From Dehalococcoidia bacterium (GTDB lineage Bacteria; Chloroflexota; Dehalococcoidia; Lucifugimonadales; Australimonadaceae): a stretch of DNA of 48,615 nt. The notes beneath the pieces are model-generated. The model was given only the letters and a program-made list of their open reading frames with translations. It searched no databases and was not told the DNA's origin. Made by a program: the position numbers and the translations under genes. The stretch is from assembly GCA_021296055.1 (NCBI GenBank), contig JAGWBE010000005.1, positions 1 through 48,615 of the forward strand. Direction: 5' to 3'. The stretch's first letter is position 1; every line of letters starts with the position of its first letter. This document shows positions 48,190 through 48,615 of the stretch, one piece after another.

Positions 48190-48615
48190 ATGAGGCCACG
48201 AGTGGGACAGTTGATTAGGCTGGCGTATGACAAGCGAACCCTGTTGGCGCTTACTGCCGCTGTGCTGCTGTTCAGAGCCGCCATCGCATCGCCCACTTAC
48301 GATGACGGGAATAATCACTCCCACATCATTGGCTCTCCGCCATACTACAGCGACTACTTCGGCATGTATCTGCCGGTATACAAGCCGCTGACGACGATTC
48401 AGATGCCCGCGCGATTCATGGCGTACCCATGGTCATTCCTCTACGTTTCGCTGCTTCACACCGCCATTATGATTGCGGGGGCGTACCTAACGTACAGAGT
48501 CGCTCTGCGCTACGCGCCGAAGGGCGCTGCCGTCGCGGCAGGCGGGTTGACGCTCCTTTTTATGGACCTACATGAGTCGATTTCCCCCACTCGCCCCGAG
48601 CCGTGGCTGCTCGCC
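48190..48615 (+). CDS. hypothetical membrane protein, N-terminal 142 codons; continues past the right edge
   Basis: ATG 48190, frame open to the window end. MRPRVGQLIRLAYDKRTLLALTAAVLLFR... plus further hydrophobic segments (WSFLYVSLLHTAIMIAGAYLTY). Lower GC3 than the core genes. Absent from the track because there is no stop in-window. Confidence 0.5.
   Translation, partial: MRPRVGQLIRLAYDKRTLLALTAAVLLFRAAIASPTYDDGNNHSHIIGSPPYYSDYFGMYLPVYKPLTTIQMPARFMAYPWSFLYVSLLHTAIMIAGAYLTYRVALRYAPKGAAVAAGGLTLLFMDLHESISPTRPEPWLLA

Overview
Very GC-rich bacterial chromosomal window, almost fully coding: about 42 protein genes plus one tRNA, with no rRNA, transposase or CRISPR array. Most content is housekeeping: trpE, trxA, mfd, an HtrA-like protease, a sulfur/cysteine operon (Rrf2 - MoeB/ThiF - CysM - atypical OmpR-like - FmdB), rplY(ctc), fmt, dnaA, obg-nadD-pyrE, gyrB, cmk-plsC, ppdK, glnA-gltB, a Kef-type antiporter and thiE-ldhA. 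dnaA is followed by obg rather than dnaN, across a short AT-rich spacer with degenerate DnaA-box-like repeats (candidate oriC). Non-routine items: (1) a selC-type tRNA-Sec at 10815-10911. (2) A lipoprotein/sensor-like ORF interrupted by one in-frame TGA (14904), with clean coding signal for 83 more codons. (3) A T-box-like terminator/antiterminator leader ahead of trpE-MFS. (4) An orphan 584-aa coiled-coil protein translationally coupled to a nitroreductase. (5) A compositionally foreign NYN (LabA-like) RNase gene with a near-consensus promoter and structured leader. (6) A ~390-nt structured intergenic region upstream of ctc with a candidate small RNA. (7) A G-rich ~400-nt non-coding stretch, an integrase-N-terminal-like ORF fragment and a drop in GC at the right edge (possible island border). 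Many long ORFs in the track are Arg/Pro/Gly-rich off-frame or antisense artefacts of the high GC content and were discarded. All family assignments come from motif recognition by eye; no searches were run. No item can be claimed as a proven new system; the 584-aa protein and the NYN locus are the best candidates for something undescribed.
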